The position numbers were made by a program, and so were the translations under genes. Shown piece after piece: positions 34,892 through 43,568 of a DNA stretch of 64,000 nt (positions are counted from its first letter, which is position 1; every line of letters begins with the position of its first letter). The notes beneath the pieces were generated by a model. That model did not search any database. It was not told the origin of the DNA and worked only from the letters and a program-made list of their open reading frames with translations. This DNA is from a virus (lineage: Duplodnaviria; Caudoviricetes). The DNA is taken from positions 1 through 64,000 of IMG/VR virus record IMGVR_UViG_3300031992_000080. The stretch is one strand, 5' to 3'.

Positions 34892-35449
34892 ATGGCCAAC
34901 ACCATTCGTTTCACGAACTACGACGGCGACGTGACTCCCGTCGAACAGCGCGGCGTCCGCGCCCAGTACCCGCAGGGCTACAACGGCCCGGCGTTCGGCT
35001 GGGTCGGCCGCCTCTCGGACCTGGTCGCCAACGGCGGCAAGATCAAGCTGGCCGAAGGCTTCGTGCCGCGTCGCTACGCGGTGCGCGCGGAGCCCATGCC
35101 CGGCCACTGGACCACGGACTACGATCTGGTCGGAGGCGACGTCTTCCTCAAGGACGAAGCCTCCGTGACGATCGCCTCGTCCGGCACCGCCGCCGGTGTG
35201 TCGCTCTCGGGCATCACCATCGCCGGCGCCAAGGCCGCCTCCGGCTCGACGCCCGCCGCCGACGCCACGACCGGCCTGGTCGCGCAGGGCGCCGTTTCCG
35301 GCACGCTCGTCGGCAACGACGACACCTGGCTGACGGTCACGGCGACGCCCGCCTCGTCCGGCGACGTCGAGAAGGGCGTCTCCGACGCCTACGTCGAGGT
35401 GCTCGTCTACGCCGAGCAGGTCGATCCGATGCCTCCCAAGCAGTTCTAG
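34892..35449 (+). CDS. Capsid decoration/minor capsid protein
   Basis: G/A/T/S-rich protein after the capsid gene, before a terminator. Confidence 0.55.
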   Translation: MANTIRFTNYDGDVTPVEQRGVRAQYPQGYNGPAFGWVGRLSDLVANGGKIKLAEGFVPRRYAVRAEPMPGHWTTDYDLVGGDVFLKDEASVTIASSGTAAGVSLSGITIAGAKAASGSTPAADATTGLVAQGAVSGTLVGNDDTWLTVTATPASSGDVEKGVSDAYVEVLVYAEQVDPMPPKQF

Positions 35450-35458
35450 GCTGCACCC

Positions 35459-35496
35459 CCCCGTGGCGGGGTCCATCCCCCGCCACGGGGTTCTTC
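35459..35496 (+). terminator. Intrinsic terminator
   Basis: CCCCGTGGCGGGG / CCCCGCCACGGGG stem followed by TTCTTC. Confidence 0.75.
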
Positions 35497-35523
35497 AGAA
35501 CCAGACAAAACAAGGAAACCGAC

Positions 35524-35901
35524 ATGGACACTCCCTACCTCATGGACAAACGGAACTTCCACTACGTTCCGAACAATCCCGAGATTTTCAAGCAGCACGA
35601 GAACGACGTGATCCCGATCACGGTCGAGCAGGCGCAGGCGCTCGACCGCGAGGGCCGGGCCGCCGGGCTGAAGATTCTCCGCGCGGTCGTCGCGGCGGAC
35701 AACGCCGCCGCCCTCGCGGAGGCCGAGGCGACCGCCGAGCCCGTGCCCGCGCAGGCCGAGGCGCCGGCGGCGCCGGTCGATCTCAAGGACCTGCCGCTCG
35801 CGGAGCTTCGCGAGATGGCGAAGAAGGCCGGCGGGTTCCCCGACGGCAAGGACGTGGACAAGGCGAGCCGCCGCGAGCTGCTCGCGATTCTCCAGGACTA
35901 G
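35524..35901 (+). CDS. Hypothetical protein with C-terminal Rho-N/HeH-like motif
   Basis: LKDLPLAELREMAKK.......KASRRELLAIL. Confidence 0.6.
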   Translation: MDTPYLMDKRNFHYVPNNPEIFKQHENDVIPITVEQAQALDREGRAAGLKILRAVVAADNAAALAEAEATAEPVPAQAEAPAAPVDLKDLPLAELREMAKKAGGFPDGKDVDKASRRELLAILQD

Positions 35902-35905
35902 AGAC

Positions 35906-36373
35906 ATGGCTGGCGAGGCGGTCGTTTGGGGCGAGCTTCTCGCGCGCACGCGCGAGATGATCATGGACGAGGCGGGGTACCACCCAGGAGGAGCCGTCCG
36001 CTGGAAGGACGAGGAGCTCCTGCGCTTCCTCTTCTTCGGCGTCACGGCGCTGGAGAAGATCCGCCCGTCCGTCCGCTACCAGGGGATGCGTCTCGTCGAG
36101 CGCGAGTTTCCCGCCGTCGAGCCGACCGCCGCCCAGGTCGAGGAGGCGAGGGCCGGCAAGTCCGGCGAAGCGGCGGACGAGGCCGAGGCCGAGCTCCGGG
36201 ATTCCGTCGTGGCATCCGCGTCTTCCGCGCCCGTTCGCGTCGACCGGCACTACCACGAGGCCCTCGTCCACTACGCCGTCTACCTGGCGTTCCAGATGGA
36301 CGAGAACGACGCCACGCCGTCTTATCGCGCAAACATGCACAAGAAGCGGTTCGAGGAGGCCGCGCAGACATGA
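35906..36373 (+). CDS. Head-tail adaptor (DUF6682-like)
   Basis: RWKDEELLRFL..G...L...RP...YHEALVHY..Y.AF..D. Confidence 0.7.
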   Translation: MAGEAVVWGELLARTREMIMDEAGYHPGGAVRWKDEELLRFLFFGVTALEKIRPSVRYQGMRLVEREFPAVEPTAAQVEEARAGKSGEAADEAEAELRDSVVASASSAPVRVDRHYHEALVHYAVYLAFQMDENDATPSYRANMHKKRFEEAAQT

Positions 36374-37056
36374 CGCCTCTTGCCGGAACGATCGACGCGG
36401 TCCGCATCGCGGACATCCTGTCGCGCGCCGTCATGGACTACATCCGGGACGACCAGCGCGCGAGCTATCCGCTCACGGGCGACGTCTGGATGGTCGCGCG
36501 CAGCAAGCGCGCGTGGAAGAAAATCAAGGACGGTTTCGAGCGCTACACGACCGCGGACGGCGCGATCTCCCTCTACAAGCTGCCGGACGGCGTCATCAAG
36601 GCCGTCGCGCACCAGTTCCCCCGTTCCAAGAATCTCTGGAACGGGCCTGACCTTCTCCGGAACAACAAGCTCGCGAGCATGTTCGCGAGCCTTTTCCACG
36701 ATTTGATTTGGGGGCATCGCCGCGAGCTGGCGGAGGCGCTGGGCATCTCCGTGCCGGACGTGCTTCGCATCGGCAACGACCTGTTCATCCAGGCGTGGCG
36801 GGCAATCGACGGAAGTTTCAAGGGCAAGGTCGAGAGCTGGATCGCGTTCCAAGCCGTCTCCGCCGCGACTCCGTGGTATCACAAGCTCAAGGGGTCCGCG
36901 CTCGCGCTTGTCGCGCTTGGTCTCATCTCCGGGTGCTACTCGGTGCCGGAAGGGGAAGTGCTGGAAGTCGGCGGCGTCGAGGTCGTCGAGCAGATCATGA
37001 AGGAATACGGCGACGGTTTGAAGCCCGTCGCGCAGGACGAGGACGATTCGAAATGA
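36370..37056 (+). CDS. DUF1353-like protein with late hydrophobic segment and lipobox-like motif
   Basis: WNGPD......ASLFHDLIW; ALALVALGLISGC near the C-terminus. Confidence 0.55.
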   Translation: MTPLAGTIDAVRIADILSRAVMDYIRDDQRASYPLTGDVWMVARSKRAWKKIKDGFERYTTADGAISLYKLPDGVIKAVAHQFPRSKNLWNGPDLLRNNKLASMFASLFHDLIWGHRRELAEALGISVPDVLRIGNDLFIQAWRAIDGSFKGKVESWIAFQAVSAATPWYHKLKGSALALVALGLISGCYSVPEGEVLEVGGVEVVEQIMKEYGDGLKPVAQDEDDSK

Positions 37057-37451
37057 GCGAACGCAAGGCCACGGACAAGCAGCGCTCGTGGTGCGGGGAC
37101 CACGTCCCCAATCCGGCGCAATACCGCTACGGGATGATTCCCGGAACCGAACGGCCGGAGATCGAAAGCACGGTCGAGCTGTCGGAGAAGGAGGTCGAGA
37201 CGATCAGGACGCGCATCCGGGATCTCGGCGCTCGGTTCGCGATCGTGCGTCCGACACCGCGCGACCCGGGACACCTCGACGTGGAGTTCCGTTCGGCGCG
37301 CCCGTTCGAGCGCATCCGCCGCATCACCGGCTATCTCGTGGGCACGTTGGACCGCTGGAATTCGGCCAAGCAAGCCGAGGAGCGCGACCGCGTGAAGCAC
37401 GGGATTCCGAATCCGGAAGAGGAAGTCAACCTGCATATCAAGGAGGACTAG
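37053..37451 (+). CDS. Stand-alone NrdD C-terminal (glycyl-radical) domain protein
   Basis: FERIRRITGYLVGTLDRWNSAKQAEERDRVKH matches the class III RNR C-terminus; intact start, stop and coupling. Confidence 0.85.
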   Translation: MSERKATDKQRSWCGDHVPNPAQYRYGMIPGTERPEIESTVELSEKEVETIRTRIRDLGARFAIVRPTPRDPGHLDVEFRSARPFERIRRITGYLVGTLDRWNSAKQAEERDRVKHGIPNPEEEVNLHIKED

Positions 37452-37454
37452 GGA

Positions 37455-38123
37455 ATGGACATCGACTGTCACGAAGAAGGTTCGCCCGTGAAGGGCATTC
37501 TCGTCGGCGTCCTCGCCTCGCTTGCGTTCGTCGCGTGCTGGATCCTCGTCGCAACGCAAGCCGGTTGCACGACGGACGGCAAGTTCCCGCCCGGCGCCAT
37601 CGAGTTCGTGACGAACGTCGCGCAGCGCATCGAGGCGACGATCGAAGAGCGCAAGAACGAATCTCCGGACAAGGGAGCGGATGAGGCGGCGGCCCCGCAA
37701 ACAACGAAGCCGTCCGTCTCGACCGCTAGTTCCGCTCCCGAATCCGGCTCTCTTGTTTTCCGCTACGGCGGCTTCGACGGAAGCCGTGCCGTCGAGGATC
37801 CGAACACGCAGATCGCGGATCTGCACATGACGCGATCAAAGCTCACTTACAAATGGGCGAAGGGCTCGCTCAAGAATTGGGGGCTCGCCGACACGGATGC
37901 CGGCGCTATCGCGTGCTGCTTCTTCTGGGATGGAAAGCAGTGGATCGGGGCCAAGACGGATTGGATTTCGACCTCTCGCACTTCGCGCGATTTCAACAAT
38001 CTGAATGGTGGCTACAATGGATGGAAGCCGGAGTTGTATTGGGCGGCCCCGAAGCGTGCGTTCTGCATCGTGTCGCGTGATGGCAAGAAGCGCACCAATC
38101 TTCTGGAAACGACGGAGCCGTAG
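37455..38123 (+). CDS. Putative lipoprotein
   Basis: Hydrophobic helix then QAGC lipobox-like motif; Trp/Gly-rich C-terminal domain. Confidence 0.65.
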   Translation: MDIDCHEEGSPVKGILVGVLASLAFVACWILVATQAGCTTDGKFPPGAIEFVTNVAQRIEATIEERKNESPDKGADEAAAPQTTKPSVSTASSAPESGSLVFRYGGFDGSRAVEDPNTQIADLHMTRSKLTYKWAKGSLKNWGLADTDAGAIACCFFWDGKQWIGAKTDWISTSRTSRDFNNLNGGYNGWKPELYWAAPKRAFCIVSRDGKKRTNLLETTEP

Positions 38124-38127
38124 GGTC

Positions 38128-38550
38128 ATGGGCACGAGCGAGAACCAGAGCCACGCCAAGCAGAAGGAGTTCGACAGCTACGTCGAACTCGTGGACGGCT
38201 CGAAGATGCTGATGAGCGAGAAAGAGTCGTGCCGGCGACTTTTGGCGACGAGCTACGGCAACACCAACGGGGATCCGCCGGAAGTGAAGCAGAAGAAGAT
38301 GTGCGAGTTCGACTGGGAGCTTTCCAAGCACATCGTCCACATGCGGGTGCTTCTCTCGGAGCTGATCCGCACGGTGGGAGACAAGGGCGCAACGGCGCCG
38401 GCCAAGCCCGCCGCGCCCGCGTCCAAGTGGGACCGGATTCTCGACCGGCTCACGCTGTGGCGCAACCAGATCGCCGCCGTCGCCATCGCGGCGTTCTTCG
38501 CTCCGCATTCGGTGGACGTAATCAACGCGCTCAAGGGGTTCACGAAATGA
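38128..38550 (+). CDS. Hypothetical protein with C-terminal membrane helix (possible lysis role)
   Basis: QIAAVAIAAFFAP segment; coupling. Confidence 0.6.
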   Translation: MGTSENQSHAKQKEFDSYVELVDGSKMLMSEKESCRRLLATSYGNTNGDPPEVKQKKMCEFDWELSKHIVHMRVLLSELIRTVGDKGATAPAKPAAPASKWDRILDRLTLWRNQIAAVAIAAFFAPHSVDVINALKGFTK

Positions 38551-39263
38551 GCGAGCAGCCGGTTCAGACGTGGGACGGCGCCGCCGCCCGCGAATACGCG
38601 AAGGGCAAGCTCTCGGAGCTGCTTGGCGAGATCGTCTGGCGGACGCCGGGTGCGAACGACCTGGAACGCCGCAAGGCGCTGGAAATGTCCGCCGACCAGT
38701 TCCTGCGCCAGACCAAAGCCTGGCGAGAACACGTCTTGCTGCCTCCGCCGGAGCCGGCGTGGGGACCCCATCCCTGTTTCTTCTTCGGCCCGCACCCGGG
38801 TTTTTTGCCCTCGGGCGTCCTTGCGTGTAGCGCCCAGACCGGTTCAGGAGTCCCGGTGGGGGTGGTTTCCCCGGGCGCGGGCCTTTTCTTCCGTGCGTGG
38901 CCGCGGTGGCACGGCCCGTTCTGGACGTTCCATCCGGGTCCCGCGCGGATCATGTGGGATGCGCCGTTCGCCCCGTGGGCGCTTCCGTGGGGCGGGCCGC
39001 CGCCGGAGCCGGAGATCTATCTCTCGATCGCGCCGGGCGGCGACGAGCTTCCCGAGGAAGTCCTGCGCCGTTGGGGCGCCGCGATTGCGGACGGGGCCTA
39101 CAACATCCTGGCGATGCAGCCGAACAAGCCGTGGAGCGACCCGCACGGGGCGCAGCTCGCGGCAAACCGGTTCAACGCCGCCGCCGTGACCGCCCGCGCG
39201 GAAGCGGAGCCAAAAGACCTGCAAGGGCAGCCGACCGCCCGCAACCCAATCCCATTCGTGTAA
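38547..39263 (+). CDS. Tail adaptor-like protein with Pro/Trp/Phe-rich insertion
   Basis: L....PG......AL...A..F...T.AW ... AIADGA...L..QPNKPWSDP..A. Confidence 0.6.
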   Translation: MSEQPVQTWDGAAAREYAKGKLSELLGEIVWRTPGANDLERRKALEMSADQFLRQTKAWREHVLLPPPEPAWGPHPCFFFGPHPGFLPSGVLACSAQTGSGVPVGVVSPGAGLFFRAWPRWHGPFWTFHPGPARIMWDAPFAPWALPWGGPPPEPEIYLSIAPGGDELPEEVLRRWGAAIADGAYNILAMQPNKPWSDPHGAQLAANRFNAAAVTARAEAEPKDLQGQPTARNPIPFV

Positions 39264-39266
39264 GAC

Positions 39267-40796
39267 ATGACAACGCTCACTCTCCGCTGCAACCTCTACG
39301 ACAAAACCCTGGAGCCGGCCCTGCGCGCGGAGCCGGAATCGATTGCCGTCGGCGAGACGGTGAAACTGCGGCTGCTGGGTCTTGGATTCGGCGCAGACGA
39401 CATGCCGGCGCTCAATGCCGTGCTTGCGTCGGATGCCGTGACGCCGCCGCTTCGTGCGCGCATGCGGAACGATTCGATCGGCGACATTGCAATCTTTCCG
39501 TTCCCCGGCGACGATCCATCCGAAGGAAACGGTTGGTATGCGGAGACGGTGGATGGCGAGACGGCGACGTGTTGCAATCTCGATCTCGGGACGGCGCAGG
39601 CATACGGACTGTTCGGCGGGGCGCCGCAACCAGATGGCGTTCGCAGAAAGGTCCGGCTTATCATCGAGCGGAGCTTCCCGAACGATAGTCCGACGCTCTA
39701 CGCGAGCGACATGTTGACATTGGGGTCGTGGAGCTTCCCCGGCCATGAGTTGCGGTTTCTTGGGCAGCCGAAGGGAACTGACATCACGCAGGATGACTTG
39801 CAAGCGGCGTTGGACAATGCGGCTTCTGGGTTCAAGGCGGAACTTTTGACTCGCGCGGAGCAAATCGCCGCGGCGATGAGCGGCGTCACTGAGGAAACGA
39901 TTTCGGGATTGCGCGACGCTCTTCAGTCCGTGACGGCTGAGGATGTGTCCGGTATTGTCGCCTCCGGGCTTTCCGGGTATGCCAAAAGAGAATATCCGAC
40001 GATTGAAGGATCAATCCGCTTTGAGAACAACGATAATGTCAATGGTTTTTCAGGCGGTTGTTACATTGGCGCCGAGCAAACTCAAGATGAAGATGGGAGT
40101 CGTGGCGTTATTGTTCTTGGTGGCGAAAAAGATCCCGAACACGCAGAAGCATACATTGGTTCTCCGGTTGTTGACGAAGGGCGAATCGTTACTGTCGGCA
40201 TGTTGTCCGGCGAAGTCGCAAGCGGGATCATCGGCCGCAGCTTCGCAGACCTCAAGTCGGGCCTTGAAAACTTTTTTGGCGTCAACATAAACAGCAGCGG
40301 GGATTTTGATTGGCGCAATGGCAACCCGGTCGCTTCTCCATTGTCCGGCGCGCTTTCCACGCTTGGCATCGGCTCCATCTCCAACGAATCCGATTTCGCC
40401 GCAATCCTTGAGGCAATGGGCCGCGTCGCAAGCGAGTTGTCCGATCGCATCGACAGTCTGAATCCTGGCGGAGCGTCTTCGTTCTGCGAACTGGTCGAAA
40501 ATTGCATTGGCAATCGGCTCTCCGGCATCGAAGACCAGATTTCGGGTCTTGCGAGCGCTTCAAATTCTGTCACGAATTACATGTCGAGTATCACGAGTCT
40601 TCTTGGTTCCAATGGCGGTGGAACGGATGCCGCCATTCTCACACGCTTGAGAACGCTGGAATCGGCTGTCGCGGCTTTGCAATCCGGTTCCGGGACGCCT
40701 TCCGGTTCCGGCGAGCACTCCGGCTCCGGGACGCCCGATGACTCCGGCACTGCCGATCCGCCGTTCGCTCCTCCGTTGACTCCGCCAATTGCCTGA
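39267..40796 (+). CDS. Virion/tail-associated protein
   Basis: 509-aa ORF in the tail module; coiled segments and a GS-rich tail. Confidence 0.6.
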   Translation: MTTLTLRCNLYDKTLEPALRAEPESIAVGETVKLRLLGLGFGADDMPALNAVLASDAVTPPLRARMRNDSIGDIAIFPFPGDDPSEGNGWYAETVDGETATCCNLDLGTAQAYGLFGGAPQPDGVRRKVRLIIERSFPNDSPTLYASDMLTLGSWSFPGHELRFLGQPKGTDITQDDLQAALDNAASGFKAELLTRAEQIAAAMSGVTEETISGLRDALQSVTAEDVSGIVASGLSGYAKREYPTIEGSIRFENNDNVNGFSGGCYIGAEQTQDEDGSRGVIVLGGEKDPEHAEAYIGSPVVDEGRIVTVGMLSGEVASGIIGRSFADLKSGLENFFGVNINSSGDFDWRNGNPVASPLSGALSTLGIGSISNESDFAAILEAMGRVASELSDRIDSLNPGGASSFCELVENCIGNRLSGIEDQISGLASASNSVTNYMSSITSLLGSNGGGTDAAILTRLRTLESAVAALQSGSGTPSGSGEHSGSGTPDDSGTADPPFAPPLTPPIA

Positions 40797-40801
40797 CATC
40801 C

Positions 40802-41917
40802 ATGACACCCATGTTCAATCAATTTCCTCCTTGCCCGCCGCAGTTCCCGCCGCGCGTTCGACCGTTTCCTCCCCCGCCCCCGCCAATGGCGGCTCCGTTT
40901 CCGTCGATCGACACCGTTCCGATGGCGACGCGGGAGGAACTTGAAGCGGAAATCGCACGTGCGACGGAAGCGGAGTCCGGGCTTGTCGACAGGGCCGTGG
41001 AAGCTGCGACCGATGCGGCGGCGCGCGATCTTGCCGCCATGCATGCTTCGGTGACAAGCGGCTTGGAGGAGATGCGCGAATACACGCAGCAGGCCGTCGA
41101 AAACATGCAGACGGATGCGGCGCAACGCATGGCATCCATGCAAGCGTCAGTTACCGCGGCGATCTCCAATGCGAATCAAGCGGCGGGATCCGCGGCCGCG
41201 ATTACTACCGGGTTTGCACAAGAGGCTGCCGATGCCGCCGCCCGCGATGCCGTCCGCGATTTGTTCTCCTGCGGAGGGCTTGCAACACAAGTCGCCGATG
41301 CCGCGGCCGTGCGAGTTTTGAACACGGTCGAGCCTGCGCTTGCCGTGGTGAACGACATTGAAGTCGGCCTTTCCGGCAAGGCCGACAAAAGCTATGTCGA
41401 TGCCTGTCTCAAGCAAGCCGTCGTGATGGTTCAAAGTCCGAACGGTTATTCCCAGATTCAGGTCACCGACGACGGCGATCCGATGTTGCTGCTCTCTCGT
41501 CCGTGGCAGGTCGTTTACCGGGATTCAAATGATACCGTTCGGCCTCTCCGACGCTACGGATGGACGCCGTCTGATGAAATCGAGAACTACTTGGACGGCT
41601 CTACGCGGCATGGGATCCTTTCTGAAGACGACGACGGCGACGAAGACAGGCGTGTCGTGTTCTTGTATACTTACAACAGTGCGTTAAAATGTGTTATCAA
41701 GTCCGCTCGATTCAGTAATGGACGCCTTTCGTATTGGGAAGACAGGCAGCCGAGTTCTTTTACCGTTCGGTTTTCAAATGGAATCTATTCCACAACGGAT
41801 GCGGGAGAACAGATCACCATTTATGAATCTGCGTTTCAGCTCTACTACCTTGTGAAGGAATCCGCCATCGGGGCTCTCGAAGCGCGTGTCGCGGCATTGG
41901 AGGCGGCGCAGACATGA
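40802..41917 (+). CDS. Tail fibre-like protein with polyproline N-terminus
   Basis: Coiled coil, LSGKADKSYVD, C-terminal LEARVAALE. Confidence 0.6.
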   Translation: MTPMFNQFPPCPPQFPPRVRPFPPPPPPMAAPFPSIDTVPMATREELEAEIARATEAESGLVDRAVEAATDAAARDLAAMHASVTSGLEEMREYTQQAVENMQTDAAQRMASMQASVTAAISNANQAAGSAAAITTGFAQEAADAAARDAVRDLFSCGGLATQVADAAAVRVLNTVEPALAVVNDIEVGLSGKADKSYVDACLKQAVVMVQSPNGYSQIQVTDDGDPMLLLSRPWQVVYRDSNDTVRPLRRYGWTPSDEIENYLDGSTRHGILSEDDDGDEDRRVVFLYTYNSALKCVIKSARFSNGRLSYWEDRQPSSFTVRFSNGIYSTTDAGEQITIYESAFQLYYLVKESAIGALEARVAALEAAQT

Positions 41918-42255
41918 ACCGAACGAGCGGAACCATAACGCGACTCCGCGACAAGGTGACGGCGCAGGCGATTCCCGGCGTTTGTCAAATGCCGCCTCCG
42001 CCTGTTGTGAGAACGTTCGTTCCTCCGCCTCCGCCGGCGCCTTTGCCGCTCATGCGGTATCCGCGCATGGACAATCCTTACGCGACGAAGCGAGAGGTCG
42101 CGGCGGGATTGGACGCCGTGCGCACGGCTCTCAAGGCACGGCTCGATTCGCTCAAGCCCGTCTCGACCAACGAACCGGACACTTGCTACCAGATGAGGGA
42201 CAGGCAGAACGCGCTCGTGGAAAACATGAATGCGCTTGCCGCGAAGAACAACTGA
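41914..42255 (+). CDS. Small polyproline protein
   Basis: PPPP...PPPPP...YATKREV resembles the N-terminus of the upstream gene. Confidence 0.6.
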   Translation: MNRTSGTITRLRDKVTAQAIPGVCQMPPPPVVRTFVPPPPPAPLPLMRYPRMDNPYATKREVAAGLDAVRTALKARLDSLKPVSTNEPDTCYQMRDRQNALVENMNALAAKNN

Positions 42256-42273
42256 CACAAGGAGACGACAATC

Positions 42274-43533
42274 ATGGCTCAAAATATCACATCTCTCACC
42301 GGACAGGGCGCGATTCGCGTGCTTGGCAACATCCCGTTTTCGGAGGATGTCTACACCGCCGGGCAGGTCGAGACGCGCATCGGCCAGATCGAAGAAGTCG
42401 TTTCGGACGCCATCGCCGAAGCCGTCTCGACCGTCTGGAAGGCGGGCGAGAGCAAGACCGCCGCGCAGCTTACCACGGCACTGCTCGTCGCGGCGAACGA
42501 GGGCTACGTCTACAACCTCACGACGGACGCGACCACCGACTCGAACTGGGCGGAGGGCGCGGGCAAGACGATTCTCGCCGGGACGGACGTGGCGGTCATC
42601 AACGTCGGCACGGAAAGCGAACCGGTCTACAAGTTCAACGCGCAAGCGGTGCGTGACGCTTCGGCGGTGCGCTCGATCTCCGTGAACGGCGGCGCGGCCG
42701 GGACGCCGGACGCGAACGGCAACGTGAACCTCACGGTCTCGATCGAGAACACGACCTACACGATCGGCGGGCCGGCGTTCAGCGCGACGAGTGGCACGAT
42801 CACCCTCACGCCCTCGACCGGCACGGCGCAGTCCGTGACGCTCGGAGCCGCGACCTCGACCACCGCGGGCCTCATGTCGGCGGAGGACAAGGAGAATGTC
42901 TCCGGGCTCATCGTCGCGATGCGCGAAACGGGCGGCGACGTGGCTCGTCTGGAAGGCACGATGAGTGAAATCTCCGGCATCGTTTCCGGTATCGACAGCA
43001 CCGTCTCCGGCCTCAAGAACTTTTCGCAAATCACGGTCACCGATTCCCAGGGCGTTACTGTCACGTGTGGCACGATCACGCCAAAATCCAACTCGGACAG
43101 CTCTCTCCGCTTCATGCCGGCGGATGATCATGTGCGGCTCATTGTGGATCAGCCGCATTCCGTCGGCGATTTCACGACGATCGTGATCGGCACGAGCGGT
43201 TTTGTATCCGACGTCAAGATCAACAGCGGCATCAGTATCGTCGATTCCTGCGGTGTCGCGAAAATCCCGCTTGCGGGAAGCGGCAGTGACACTTACGGCG
43301 TCGTGAAGTTGGACCCCGTCGCGTATGGCATGGCCGGCGTCCCGACCGGCGGAGCCGTCTACAACGCGATTTCTGGCGTGAACGAGTCGCTTTCCACGAA
43401 GGTTTCCGGCGGGACCCTGCACACGAATCTCGTGAACCGCTCGCTCGCAAATCCGGCCGGGACTGTGAGCGGCAACACGATTTACGCGCTGCTTGCCGCT
43501 CTCCATGCGTCCGACGGCCAGACAGAATCCTAG
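42274..43533 (+). CDS. Tail fibre/appendage-like protein
   Basis: VRSISVNG...PDANGNVNL and ATSTTAGLMSAEDK fibre-shaft motifs. Confidence 0.65.
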   Translation: MAQNITSLTGQGAIRVLGNIPFSEDVYTAGQVETRIGQIEEVVSDAIAEAVSTVWKAGESKTAAQLTTALLVAANEGYVYNLTTDATTDSNWAEGAGKTILAGTDVAVINVGTESEPVYKFNAQAVRDASAVRSISVNGGAAGTPDANGNVNLTVSIENTTYTIGGPAFSATSGTITLTPSTGTAQSVTLGAATSTTAGLMSAEDKENVSGLIVAMRETGGDVARLEGTMSEISGIVSGIDSTVSGLKNFSQITVTDSQGVTVTCGTITPKSNSDSSLRFMPADDHVRLIVDQPHSVGDFTTIVIGTSGFVSDVKINSGISIVDSCGVAKIPLAGSGSDTYGVVKLDPVAYGMAGVPTGGAVYNAISGVNESLSTKVSGGTLHTNLVNRSLANPAGTVSGNTIYALLAALHASDGQTES

Positions 43534-43568
43534 CCACTTCCAAAACAAACCCAACACGCAAAACAACC

